From the NCBI GenBank assembly GCA_951406725.2, contig OX597838.1, forward strand, positions 33,356,001 to 33,420,000: 64,000 nucleotides of DNA, read 5' to 3'. The stretch comes from Octopus vulgaris. Its lineage: Eukaryota. The position numbers and the translations under genes are program-made. Below are positions 49,806 through 62,654 of the stretch, in pieces. How positions within the stretch are numbered: the stretch's first letter is position 1; the number at the start of each line of letters is the position of its first letter. Below the pieces are notes generated by a model. It worked only from the letters and a program-made list of their open reading frames with translations. It was not told where the DNA came from and made no database searches.

Positions 49806-49904
49806 TTAAGCATTTTGCCCGGTGGGCTAACGTTTCCCCAGCTTCTTACCGAACAGCCCTGCCTGCACCTTGTTTTCTTTTTCTTTTCTTCAGAAATTTG
49901 AACG

Positions 49905-50073
49905 ATGTCGGCGAAATCAAAGAAAGGCTCAGCCAAATCTAGATCCGTGTCTGCACAGAAGGTGGAAGTAGCTGATGTGACTTCTCCTGAAAGTAGAATG
50001 TCCAGTGTTCTAAAACCAGGTTCCTTAGTTATGGAACACTCTCAGGAAGTCGCTGGAGAGATTAGTCTGACAC
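49905..50073 (+). CDS. DNAH2: Axonemal dynein heavy chain (DNAH2-like), first coding exon (exon begins 49894)
   Basis: Polypyrimidine-CAG acceptor at 49893; ATG MSAKSKKGSAKSRSVS...; donor C|GTAAGT; phase 1 joins in frame to 54010. Confidence 0.65.
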
Positions 50074-51250
50074 GTAAGTCATCTTCTTCTTCTTCTTGTC
50101 GTCATTTTCCTGTGTTTGTTTATCATGATCATCATCATCATTTAACGTCCGCTTTCCATGCTGGCATGGGTTGGACGATTTGCCTGAGGGCTGGGCAACC
50201 AGATCGCTGCACCAGGCCCAGTCTGATCTAGCAATGTTTCTACAGCTGGATGCCCCTCCTAACGCCAACCACTCCGAAAGTGTAGTGGGTGCTTTTACAT
50301 GCCACCAGCACAAGGGCCAGTCAGGTGGTACTGGCAACGGCCACGCTCAGATACTGTTTTTTACGTGCCACCTGTACAGGAGCCAGTCAGCGGCACTGGC
50401 AACGACCTCGCTCGAATGTTTTTTCATGTGCCAGTAAGGCTATGCTGGTAACGATCATGCTCGACTGGTGCTTTTTATGTGCCACTGGCACGGAAGCCAG
50501 TTCGCCGCTCTGGCAACAATCACGCTCGGATGGTGCTCTTAGCGCTCCACTAGCACAGATGCCAGACATCAAATTTGATTTCGATTTCTTCACACAATGT
50601 AATTCAAATTACTCCCGGGGCAGCGCTGGCCGTTGCCAGTGCCGCCCCGACTGGCCTCGTGCCGGTGGCACGTAAAAAGCACCATCCGTTCGTGGCCGTT
50701 GCCTGGCCCCTGTGCCAGTGGCACGTAAAAAGCACCATCTGATCGTGGCCGTTTGCCAGCCTCGTCTGTCCCCCGTGCCGATGGCACGTAAAAAGCATCC
50801 ACTACACTCACAGAGTGGTTGACGTTAGGAAGGGCATCCAGCCGTAGAAACATTGCCAGATCAGACTGGGCCTGGTGCAGCCTTCTGGCTTCCCAGACCC
50901 CAGTTGAACCGTCCAACCCATGCTAGCATGGAAAGCGGATGCTAAATGATGATGATGATGAAACACGATATGCCAATAAATACAAACTCTCAATGACTTC
51001 CTACGACTTTCCCCTCATCTCAACCAATATGCTACTTTTTATAGCGCTCCGCTAGCATGGATGCCAGCCATTGAATTTGATTTCGATTTTAATTTCTCTT
51101 GCCTCAACAAATCTTTGCAAGCAGAGTTAGTTTTGATCACACAACTTTGATTGTCTTGATCGCTGTTATATACCTGCAGTGCGACTGCCTGGAAGTTCTG
51201 TTCTGTTTGCGGCACAATGTGTTCGGTGTTAGTTTTTAGTTAGTCTAGAA

Positions 51251-51470
51251 CAGTGGTTTTCAACCAGGGTTCCACGGAACCTTAGGGTTCTGCCAGTACA
51301 GTCCAGGGGTTCCACAAGAAGTTACAAAACTGCTTAATATCGGCAGTAATTTTTAATTCTCCTGTGCAGATATGTATGCATAAGACTATTAAATTATTGC
51401 TCTGGGGTTCCCCGAGCCAGTGGAATGTTTCCTTGGGGCTCCGCTCCAGCAAAAAGTTTGAAAAGCACTG
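51251..51470. mobile_element. hAT (Charlie-like) MITE
   Basis: CAGTGGTTTTCAA/TTGAAAAGCACTG TIRs; 8-bp TSD GTCTAGAA. Confidence 0.88.
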
Positions 51471-51813
51471 GTCTAGAATGTAGCAACTCGCTGCATGAAA
51501 ATGTTATTGCGTTGAAGTTTGGTTTTGCTTACAATTTAGCAATCTTTGTTTCTATTGTATATTGCTGTATTTTTAGTTGATTAAAACCTTTTAAACTTAA
51601 GATATTCCAGTTTGGGTTTATAACAGTTGTCATTGTCATCATCATCATTGCTGATGTTTAGCCCTAGGTCAGCCGTGGTCAGGCAAATGTTTAATCTAGA
51701 AACGAACCAAACGTTAAGAGGTGCTCCCTCACTCCTCAAAAACCTGGAACTCCCAAAGCAGGGTCCCACTACCTGATGCAGTTCAGAGTCAGTCATACCC
51801 AGAACAACATACA

Positions 51814-51859
<46 letters not shown>

Positions 51860-52051
51860 CATACACGTGTACACACAGACATACACTCCTGCATACACAT
51901 ACACATACACACATATGCTTTGTTTCTTTTCCATTTTTGACAATCACTACTTGTCGAATGGCTAAGTCCTACTTTGCAGTAGAATAGCATAACTCTCATG
52001 GTGTAAGTAGGACAAGGTGTTTTTGTTCAATGCACCGATTTATCTCTTGTG

Positions 52052-52152
<101 letters not shown>

Positions 52153-52433
52153 TCACATGCACAACTGGTCTTTGTATACATTCTCACCTCTGAAGTTTCA
52201 CTTACAAAGACATCGGTCACCTTGCTGGGATGTGGTAGAAAACACATGGCTTGGATGCCATGCAGTGAGATTGAACCCTCAACCATGTAGTTGGTAAGCA
52301 AACACCCTAACCACACAACCATCTCTCTCTCTCTCTCTCTCTCTCTTACCTTGCATCTGTCTTTATTCAGATTACTTTCCTTTGTGTTACACAAAGGTAG
52401 GTAGATAGGAACATACTATTGTCTTAATATGTA

Positions 52434-53990
52434 CAGGGTAATTCAAAAGTCTCCATACATAGGAAAAATTTAGTTTTTTATAAGTAAGGCATAGACGCAG
52501 GAGTGGCTGTGTGGTAAGTAGCTTGCTAACCAACCACATGGTTTCGGGTTCAGTCCCACTGCGTGGCATCTTGGGCAAGTGTCTTCTGCTATAGCCCCGG
52601 GCCGACCAATGCCTTGTGAGTGGATTTGGTAGACGGAAACTGAAAGAAGCCTGTCGTATATATGTATATATATATATATACGTGTGTGTGTCTGTGTTTG
52701 TCCCCCTAGCATTGCTTGACAACCGATGTTGGTGTGTTTACGTCCCCGTCACTTAGCGGTTCGGCAAAAAGAGACCGATAGAATAAGTACTGGGCTTACA
52801 AAGAATAAGTCCCGGAGTCGATTTGCTCGACTAAAGGCGGTGCTCCAGCATGGCCGCAGTCAAATGACTGAAACAAGTTAAAGAGTAAGTTTTATAAGAT
52901 TCCCTAGATCCCCTGATCAGACTCCTCTTGATTGCTAACTTTGGGGCCATTTGAAAGGCATGGTGTATCACAGAAAGATGGACATAAATCATTTGAAGGA
53001 CCACATCACCAACTCATTTGCACACACATCACCAGGTGTGTTATCGTGAGTTCACAGTGAATGGGGTAAACGTATTGCAATGTGTATTCACAACAGTGGT
53101 AACCATATAGTAAAGGGTAAAGACCCCCTTCGGTCATGAATGACCATGGGATTGCACCTAGAAAGTTACCCTCCTAGACACAAGTCCGGGCAAGGTTGTT
53201 TATGGAAGACCAGCAGTCGCCCATGCATACTGGCCTCCCCTCTCCACGCCATCAGTGTTATCCAAGGGAAAGACAAAGGTCGATACAGCTTGGCACCAGT
53301 GACGTCGCAACTCATTTCTACAGCTGAGTGAACTGGGGCAACGTGAAATAAAGTGTCTTGCTCAAGAACACAACACGCAGCCCGGTCCGGGATTCGAGCT
53401 CACAACCTCACGATCGTAAGTTCAACGCTCTAACCACTGAGCCATGCGCCTTCACCATATAGTAGAGACTCTTAAATAGAGAAAAAACCTGTTCTTTATA
53501 AACTGTTTCTTATAAAAAAATAAATTGGGATCTTTTCGGTTTGAACGGCAGTTTTTTCTAGCGGTGTCATATGAAATTGTCACCCATAATTATGACCCTA
53601 GTAACCCATCTATTGCATTTCAATCTGTTTTAGGGATGGGGGGAAGGGTATCTTTTTTTTCTTCACAAATGTAAATAAACCCAATCTGTTTCTTAAACGA
53701 GGGACATATTCATACGGCACAGAATGTTTTTTACCTCAATAGACGTCAGTGATTGGTTGAAATTGCAGAAATTGAAGAAAAAGACAACAAATATCTTACA
53801 AACTATAGAATTTTCTTAATAAAGCCAAAAGAAAAAGATGTTTTATAAACACATTCTACCAGTATACGAAGTTTAAAATTTTTTTAGTTACCTAGAAATT
53901 ATGTTAAAAACTGCCGTTCAAACCGAAAAGATCCATAAATTGTTCCTATGTATGGCAACTAACCCTAACCCTAACTTTTGAATCACCCTG
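52434..53990 (+). mobile_element. Non-autonomous Tc1-like element with nested family-1 SINE (52495-52888), tRNA-derived SINE (53113-53453 minus) and GGATC MITE
   Basis: TA|CAGGGT..TCAAAAGT termini; PRSPDQTPLD..LWGHLKGMVY remnant. Confidence 0.75.
53528..53934. mobile_element. GGATC MITE with 8-bp TSD ATAAATTG
   Basis: TIRs as 3814; exact TSD. Confidence 0.88.
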
Positions 53991-54009
53991 TAAATTTATT
54001 TCTTTACAG

Positions 54010-54107
54010 CTGTCAGACAAAGTCTAAAACCCTTCATAGATACTCCAGATGTAAAACACGAAATAAATTTTGAAACTGTTCAACTGGAAGAGCCTGCTCT
54101 CTCCGTG
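54010..54107 (+). CDS. DNAH2: DNAH2-like coding exon 2
   Basis: TTTCTTTACAG acceptor; open frame (P)VRQSLKPFIDTPDVKHEINFETVQLEEPALSV; donor GTG|GTAAGT; phase 1 to 0. Confidence 0.65.
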
Positions 54108-54552
54108 GTAAGTTATGTATTGAAATCTTTTCATAACTAATTTGCACATATTGATGAAGCGTTGGGGGGGTTCAATTCTTGGAACAAACCCTGAACCATG
54201 GTATTTGCTTCCAGAATGTATACAAATGTATAAGGCGGCTAGCTGGCAGAAAAACGTTAGCACGCCGGGTGAAATGCTTAGTGGTATTTCGTCTGCCGTT
54301 ACGTTCTGAGTTCAAATTCCGCCGAGGTCAACTTTGCCTTTCATCGTTTTGGGGTCAATTAAATAAGTACCAGTTACATACTGGGGTCGATATAATCGAC
54401 TTAATCCATTTGTCCTTTTAGAAAGGTTTTTTTTTTTCCTCCAGTTTCTTGATTTTGGGTGGAAACTTCCTGGATTTATGTCTAAAATGTTCAGCCTCTG
54501 CAGATGGTTTAATCTGATCAAAGTAAAAGGCTTTCTATCAAATTTGCAAGAC

Positions 54553-54590
<38 letters not shown>

Positions 54591-54639
54591 GTATTGTCTG
54601 TGTTTGCGGTAAAAGCTTGAAATATAGTAAACCACTCCA

Positions 54640-55599
54640 GTGTCTGTTAAGCGTTCAGCTGGGTGTCTGGAACTTCTTCTAGGTTTTATTTCAAAGCCCT
54701 TACCAGTAATGGTATCAACTGACATACGTAGCACATAGTCAACGACAATGAGGAAGAGAAATGGGGCGAGTGTATCTCCCTGCAGTATTCCGGCTTTGAT
54801 TGAGAAAGATGATGTTTCCCCATCAGAGGTTAAGATGGTTGAAGACGTATCTGTGTAGAGGACCTTGATGGCAGAAATGATTTTGTCTGGAATCCCATAG
54901 AGCTTAAGGATTTCAAACATCTTGTACCTATCTACAGAGTCGAATGCTTTAGAAAAGTCTACAAACACCATTGCAAGATCGCGATTAAATGCTTTTGATT
55001 CTTCAATGAGTCTGCGTAGGCATAGTATTTGGCTCAACGTTAAGTGTCCATGTCTGAATCCATTTTGGTTCTTTTGGAGTAAAGGTTCAACAAAAGGGAC
55101 GAGATGGTTTAGAATCAGTTTGTTGTACAATTTTGCAGCAATTGACATTAGAGATATACCCCTGTATTCTTCAAAGCCACAGTCGAACCAATTCTACTAT
55201 ATGGCTCAGAAACCTGGACGTTATCAAAGAAGCTTGAGAGACGGTTGGATGGAACTTACACTCGCCTCCTTATGAGAGCTCAAAATCTCTCGTGGAAGCG
55301 CCATCCAACCAAAGTACAAATATATGGGAAATTACCACCTGTATCATCTCTTGTGAAAGGTAGAAGAGTCCAGTTTACTGGACATTGTCGTAGAGCTTAA
55401 AACGAGGTAATTTCTCCTCTTCTCATCTGGAAGCCATCTGCTCGTGATACCAGAGGGTGCACACTCTCCTACCCTGATGTAATCTCCAGGGATACAGGCA
55501 TCTAGCAACAGAACCTCCGTAATGCCATGATGGACCGTGAAGTCTGGCGTAACATAGTAAATTCCATTGTCTCAACCACGGCCGAACAATGATGATGAT
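54640..55599 (+). mobile_element. RTE LINE insertion with inverted 5' part (54640-55166 minus-strand RT; 55167-55599 plus-strand 3' end)
   Basis: FVDFSKAFDSV and GILQGDTLAPFLF on minus; LLYGSETW on plus; flanks AAACCACTCCA/AAACCATTCCA. Confidence 0.85.
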
Positions 55600-56330
55600 A
55601 AAACCATTCCAATTCCATTAGATATACATCATCACATTTTAGGGTAATAAGACCTGTTCTAGGAATGGTTAGACTTGCTGTCCCTTGTTTAATCAAAAAT
55701 CTTTCCCTTACACTTTTGAAATTCATGATCCATTTATTATCATCTTTTACAATTTCCTTTGAAATAGGTGAGATCTCAAGGCATTAGATATTCATTCCAT
55801 TAAATTCCTTTCTCATCAGATCAAATGGAACCGAAAAATTGTAGTGGCCTATTGTACCCCTATTTCTTCAACTGCTGAAAAACAATTATTGACAAACCCC
55901 ATATTATAACCATCTCTCTAACAGTATAATGTGGGTTTTCATTGCTAGCAGGCATCATTCTGTTGTCATCAACAGTTGATGGCCACCTAGAATTGTCTTC
56001 CGCTTGGCATCTGAAATGTCCCAAACTGTAAAACACTTCTGCAAAAAGCTTTCATTTAACAGAGGTACTCCATATACAGCACATATTTCTCAGGTTCGGC
56101 GGGCAGTACCTTTTTTTTTTTCCTTAATAATAGAGCATAATATGATGAAAGTTCTTCTGATTTTTGGCTTTTCCAGATAAACGCAAATTGCTAAAAATTA
56201 ATCATTTCAGACTAGAGATGACAAATCTTGCAATTATAACCTATTATTTAATTAACTAAAACATTGGTATAAATGTTTGTTCTACATACGAAAAATTCAA
56301 ACAAATTCAGCAGCAATCCAATGCTAATAT

Positions 56331-56372
<42 letters not shown>

Positions 56373-57699
56373 GTGAGGGCGCATGGCCTTGTGGTTAAGA
56401 CCCCAGGACTTATTCTTTGTAAGCCTAGTACTTATTCTGTTGGTCTCTTTTGCCGAACTGCTAAGTTACAGGGATGTAAACACACCAACATCAGTTGTCA
56501 AGCAATGGCAGGGGACAAACGTAGGCACAAATTTATACACACACATATGTATATATATATATATATTTATATCATCATCATCATCATCATCATTTAACGT
56601 CCATTTTCCATGCTAGCATGGGTTGGACAGTTCAACTGGGGTCTGGGAAGCCAAGAGGCTGCACCAGGCTCCAGTCTGATCTAGCAGTGTTTCTACAGCT
56701 GGATGCCCTTCCTAACGTCAACCACTCTGTGAGTATAGTGGGTGCTTTTTACATGCCACCGGCACAGGGGCCAGAGGAGGTTGGCAATGGCCACGATCAG
56801 TTGGTGGTTTTTACGTGCCACAGGCACAGAAGCCAACCAAGGCAGCGCTGGCATTGGCCACATTCAGATGGTGCTTTTTATGTGCCACTGGCACGGGTAT
56901 CACAACTACAATTCCATTTGATTTTTATTTTGATGTTGAGGTACTTGACTCAATAGGTCTCCTCAAGCACATCAGGTCATATTTATATGGCAGGCTTCTT
57001 TCAGTTTCCATCTACCAAATCCACTCACAAGGCTTTAGTCGAAGACACTTGCCCAAGGTGCCACGCATTGGGACTGAACCCGGACCCATGTGGATGGGAA
57101 GTAAGCTTCTTACCACACAGCCACATAACAATCAAAACACGAAATAAAGCATCTTATTCAAGGACTCACCAGGCTGCCGGGTATCGTCAACATGTCCTTA
57201 CAATTGTGAGCCGAATATCTCTAACCATTATGCCATGCACCTTCATGAGAATTTTCTACTTCTTTGAAATTAACAAATGTCTCTCCCGAAAGTGTCTCAA
57301 AACTTGTGGTGCACCTCGTATGTAGGATATATGTATACGCGCACATATACATACACACATGCTTGAACTTGTGTGCACATGTATCTCTGGATGTGTTGTA
57401 TTTCCTTAGTCATACTTATAATTAGGTAATCTCACCAACATTACCCCCCCCACCCCTAATCATTGAACCAATTAGTAATGTAACGAAGGTGCTTTTACTG
57501 TGTTAACTTTGTTAATTTTGGCAGTTCTCCAGGGATTCCATCATCAAGTCTACTGAAAGGTGAAGCATTCGAGGGGATGGTTGCCAAAGTATAAGATTAG
57601 CTCTCAGTATCAATTAGTCACTGAAATATGTTCTTGTGTGTGTGTGTGTGTGTGTGTCGTGTGTGTGTTTTCACATGTTTGTGTATTTCTGTACATATA

Positions 57700-58300
57700 T
57701 GTGGGTGTATGGGCATCTACGTGTGTGTATACATGTGTAAGTATGCATGTGTGTGTGTTTGTGTATTTGTGCACCTTGGTGCATGTGTACATACATGTGG
57801 GTGTATGTGCATCTGTATCTGTATGTATGCATGTGTGTGTGTATTTGTGCACCCTGGTGCAAGTGTACATACGTGTGGGTGTATTTGTGCGTCTATGTGT
57901 GAGTATGCATGTGTGTGTTTGTGTATTTGTGCACCCTGGTGCATGTGTACATACATGTGGGTGTATGTGCGTCTATGTGTATGTATGCATGTGTGTGTTT
58001 GTGTATTTGTGCACCCTGGTGCATGTGTACATACATGTGGGTGTATGTGCATCTGTATGTGTATGTATGCATGTGTGTTTCTGTATTTGTGCACCCTGGT
58101 GCAAGTGTACATACATGTGGGTGTATGTGCATCTGTATGTGTATGTGTGTATTTGTGCACCCTGGTGCATGTGTACATACATGTGGGTGTATGTGCATCT
58201 GTATGTGTGTATGCATTTGTGTGTGTGTGTTTGCACATGTGTGCATGTATGTGTTTGACTATTTGTGCACACTGGTGCGTGTGTACATACATGTGGGTGT
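57700..58300. repeat. ~80-bp minisatellite built on TG-rich sequence
   Basis: GTATTTGTGCACCYTGGTGCA recurs at ~57763, 57841, 57923, 58003, 58083, 58149. Confidence 0.85.
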
Positions 58301-58519
58301 GTCTATATGTGTGTGTTTACATGTGTGTGTGTATCTGTATGCTTATGTGTGTGTTTGTACATATGTGCATGCTAGTGCATTTATGTCTACATGTGTTTGT
58401 GTGGGTGTTGGACCGGAGAAGTAATCTGGTAGTTTTTGCTGTTTTCCTTCCTCGAAAGTTTCTCCTGTTAAAAATAGAAAGTTTTTATTATTTTTGGTTT
58501 GTAAACAATTGTGACCTCA

Positions 58520-58760
58520 ACACCACCATTACCACCACCACTATCACCATAACTACCACCACTACCACTACCATCACCACCATCACCACCACTACCATCA
58601 CCATACCACCACCACCACCAATACCACCACCACCAACACCATCAATACCACCACCACCAACACCAACACCACCACCAACAACAACACTACCACCACCACC
58701 AACACCAACACCACTACCACCACCATCACCACCACCTTCACCACGACCACCACCACCAGC
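58520..58760. repeat. (ACC)n-type degenerate microsatellite
   Basis: Direct reading. Confidence 0.9.
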
Positions 58761-59050
58761 TGGTGCTGTTGACGTAATAATTCTTACATAACACATTGCA
58801 ACAACATAAATACATGTCTCTGGAATTGGCTGTAAATAAATCTGGATTTGTGGGGGGGATACCCCAACACTTCTACGCCACCATCTCCTCTCCGCTCTCT
58901 GTTTCTCTCTTTTTCTTTCCCACTCTATCTCTCCCTCTCTTTGTCTCCCCCTCTCTCTCTCTCTTCTCTCATCTCTTTCTCTGTCTCTCCTCTTTCCTCT
59001 CACCCTCCCTCTGTTTGTCTCCCCCCCTCAATTCTCTCCCTCTCCTCCTC

Positions 59051-59102
<52 letters not shown>

Positions 59103-59208
59103 CAAAACGGACGCTAAACGATGATGATGATATATATGTATATATATATGTATATAGTAGAATAATAAAGAGAAAGTTCTTGGCATGTGATTATATATAT
59201 ATATATGT

Positions 59209-59252
<44 letters not shown>

Positions 59253-59536
59253 ATATATGGTGAAAGTAAGAAGTAAAAGGCAAAAATGCACATTGAATAT
59301 AAAAAAAAAATTAAGGCTTTTTAATGAAAAGTAGTGATAAATGAATACAATTAGATGAAATAATGAATTTAATTCTACCTCAGTTCATCTAATTGTATTT
59401 ATTTATTGTTACTTTCCATAAAAAAGTCTTTAGTTTTTTGATATTCAATGTGCATTTTCGCATTTTTTTCTTCTTACTTTCCTCATATCTTTTCCATGTT
59501 TGTATTTTCTTTTTGAAACATATTTCTATTATATAT

Positions 59537-59567
<31 letters not shown>

Positions 59568-59576
<9 letters not shown>

Positions 59577-59755
59577 GGCAGTTTGTCTGTGCGTGTTTCT
59601 GTGTGTCTGTTTTCTCGTACCCTCACCCTGACCACGGCTTTCAACCGATTCTGATGAAACTTGACACACACATAGCCCAATGTCATCATTCAAAACTGAC
59701 GCAGCGAAAGTTATTTCCCTTACAAACCTGAGCAACGCCGGGCGATACTGCTAGT
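59568..59755 (+). mobile_element. Non-autonomous Helitron-like element; a related copy at ~61109-61505 minus
   Basis: 3' hairpin CCTGAGCAACGCCGGG then CTAGT; inserted in (TA)n. Confidence 0.65.
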
Positions 59756-59791
59756 ATATAATAACAATTTAATAAATAAAACATGCATATA

Positions 59792-60199
59792 GGCGCAGGA
59801 GTGGCTGTGTAGTAAGTAGCTTGCTAACCAACCACATGGTTCCGGGTTCAGTCCCACTGCGTGTCGCCTTGGGCAAGTGTCTTCTGCTATAGCCTCAGGC
59901 CGACCAAAGCCTTGTGAGTGGATTTGGTAGACGGAAACTGAAAGAAGCCCGTCGTATATATGTATATATATATGAATATGTGTGTGTGCGTGTATGTTTG
60001 TGTTTGTCCCCCTAGCATTGCTTGACAACCGATTCTGGTGTGTTTATGTCCCCGTCACTTAGCGGTTCGGCAAAAGAGACTGATAGAATAAGTACTGGGC
60101 TTATAAAGAATAAGTCCCGGGGTCGAGTTGCTCGATTAAAGGCGGTGCTCCAGCATGGCCGCAGTCAAAATGACTGAAACAAGTAAAAGAGTAAAAGAG
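59792..60199 (+). mobile_element. Family-1 SINE with long flanking duplication
   Basis: ATAATAACAATTTAATAAATAAAACAT on both sides. Confidence 0.88.
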
Positions 60200-60449
60200 C
60201 ATAATAACAATTTAATAAATAAAACATATGCATACATACATACATATATGTACATACCTACATCTATATGTATATATACATGCATATATGGGTACAGGAC
60301 ACCATAAAAAAAAAAAAACGTAGAACACAACGAGAAACAAAAACATAAAAACAAAACATGGAAACGGACTTTTTTTAACAATGAAAAAACAGAGTACAAG
60401 ACATACAACACAAGGAACGTTCCCCTTCTTCAGCTGCCCCTGTTTTGAC

Positions 60450-60846
60450 TTATTGCATAGAATCTTGCAGGCATGAAGTGGATTCGATCCACCAGAGCCA
60501 AATTTCAAGTAACAGTTCGCGGAAAATGTAACCTCTCGAAAGAGCTGTTCTTCACTCCTGCTCCAGAACGTTGGCTGCGGGGTCACTCCGAAAAGCTCTA
60601 TCTGCGACGATTTCATCTCAATCAAAGGAGAGGGGCTTTCTCCGTCTGGGTTGCGGATCCGTGGAATAAGCTGCCGGACGAGATGGTGAAGATGCCATCG
60701 ACCGCTCAGTTCAAAGTCTCCCTTGACCACAAGTGGCCTGAACTCTTTACATGAACACCACCCTGTACATAACTCCATGTCCCCCTACATGGCCTTGCTT
60801 TTTGCTTTTTGAGCCAAAAAATTAACTAACTAACTAACTAACTAAC
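60450..60846 (+). mobile_element. CR1-group LINE 3' end, (TAAC)n tail
   Basis: LRGHSEKLY..RRGAFSVWVADPWNKLP. Confidence 0.8.
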
Positions 60847-61797
60847 ATATCATTGAGGACAATGGATTTCATTGGTGGTGTTTGTTATCTTAATTCCTTA
60901 ATTCTAGCTTTTGGTGGAATAGAAGAGGTTAGACGGGTCAAGTGGCGAAGACATTATTTTGCTTAGCTAAGGCATCTGGCCAATGTAAACTGCTGTCACA
61001 GAAAAACTATTGTTTTACCATGAGAAAAGTTCTGTTGAACTGTTACTTGAAATTTGTTTATGGTGGATAGAATCCACTTCATGCTGGCAAGATTCACTAT
61101 ATATATATACTAGCAGTATCGCCCAGCGTTGCTCGGGTTTGTAAGGGAAATAACTATATAAGCATTTTTTAGAGAGTTATAGCCAAAAATAGCAAAAAAA
61201 TGCATTAAAAATGGAAAAAAATTATGGTAAATTTTTTTTTAAATCGTTGACTCATCGTAGACATTTTTAGAGAGTTATTTCCCTTATATAATAGCGAAAA
61301 AAATGCATTAAAATGGAAAAAAATGATAGTAAATTTTTTTTTAAATCGTAGACTCATCGTAGATGCACGCTAATACCCAGAAGGGCTCGATATGAATCAC
61401 GACTATAAGATACCCGGTTTGGGTTAAACTGCACCGCAAAATGTGGGAGTAGTTAGGAATCTAAATCGAAGGGGACAGACACTCACACAACTACAGTTTT
61501 ATATATATAGATATGTAATCTCTCTCTCTTTATGTGTATATATATATATAAAATTAGAAAAAAATCCACCTTTTATCAATTCAAAATGAACAATTAAATT
61601 ACACCATCTAGAAAATTACATATAATAGAAATATAAAAAATAAAATTACAATAATATACCGATGATTAAGTAAATTGCAAAATAATAATAAAAACGTATA
61701 TATTTGGTAGAATAACAAATATATACGTTTTTATTATTTTTATTTTTATTATTGTTTTGCTATTTACTTAATCATCAGTATAGTATTATTATTTTAA

Positions 61798-62028
61798 GGC
61801 GGCGAGCTAGCAGAATCGTTAGCACGTCGGGTGAAATGCGTAGCCGTATTTCGGCTGCCGTTACGTTGTGAGTTCAAATTCTGCCATGGTCGACATTGCC
61901 TTTCTTCCTTTCGGGGTCGATAAATTAAGTACCAGTTAAGCACTGGGGTCGATATAATCGACTTAATACCTATGTCTGTCCATGTTTGTCCCCTCTATGT
62001 TTAGCCCCTTGTGGGTAATAAAGAAATA
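61798..62028 (+). mobile_element. Family-2 SINE with ~19-bp TSD
   Basis: GTATAGTATTATTATTTTA on both sides. Confidence 0.85.
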
Positions 62029-62654
62029 GGTATAGTATTATTATTTTAATTTTAATATTTCTATTATATGTAGTTTTCTAGATGGTGTAATTTAATTGTT
62101 TATTTTGAATTGATAAAAGGTGGTCTTTTCTAATTTTATATATATATATTTTGTGAAATTTGACTTAGTATTTCTAAATTGAATTTTTCCCTGTAAGTTA
62201 GGAATAATATTCCCTCAAATTATTATTATTTTATTATATATATATATATATATATATATATCATCGCTTTCCCAACAGAGGTAACTATGTATCTCCTCTA
62301 CTGCAAGTCCCCTGTTTCTGTCCCTTCTATTATACACTCACCTCTTATTCATCCCCTGGCACAAAGCCACCTCCCTCAATAATATTCTCTACCATCATTT
62401 GAGGGTGGTTTCTCTTGTGAGAGTTACTCGGTGACTTCACTGGTGATACTGCCACATAAAGGCGGAGTTGGGTAGCTTAGTGGTTAGGGTGTTGGACTCA
62501 TGATCATAAGATTGTGGTTTCGATTCCTGGACCGAGCAAAACATTGTGTTCTTCAGCAGAACTCTTCATTTCACGTTACTCCAGTCCACTCAGCTGGCAA
62601 AAGTGAGTTATCCTGTGATGGGCTGGCATCCCTTCCAGGTGAGGAGTATATACT

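Noticed and set aside
55760-56160. Possible mariner N-terminal relic on the minus strand
   Set aside because: Too decayed to define boundaries by eye
58488-59003. Pro/Thr-rich and Gly-rich ORFs
   Set aside because: (ACC)n microsatellite without splice or domain support
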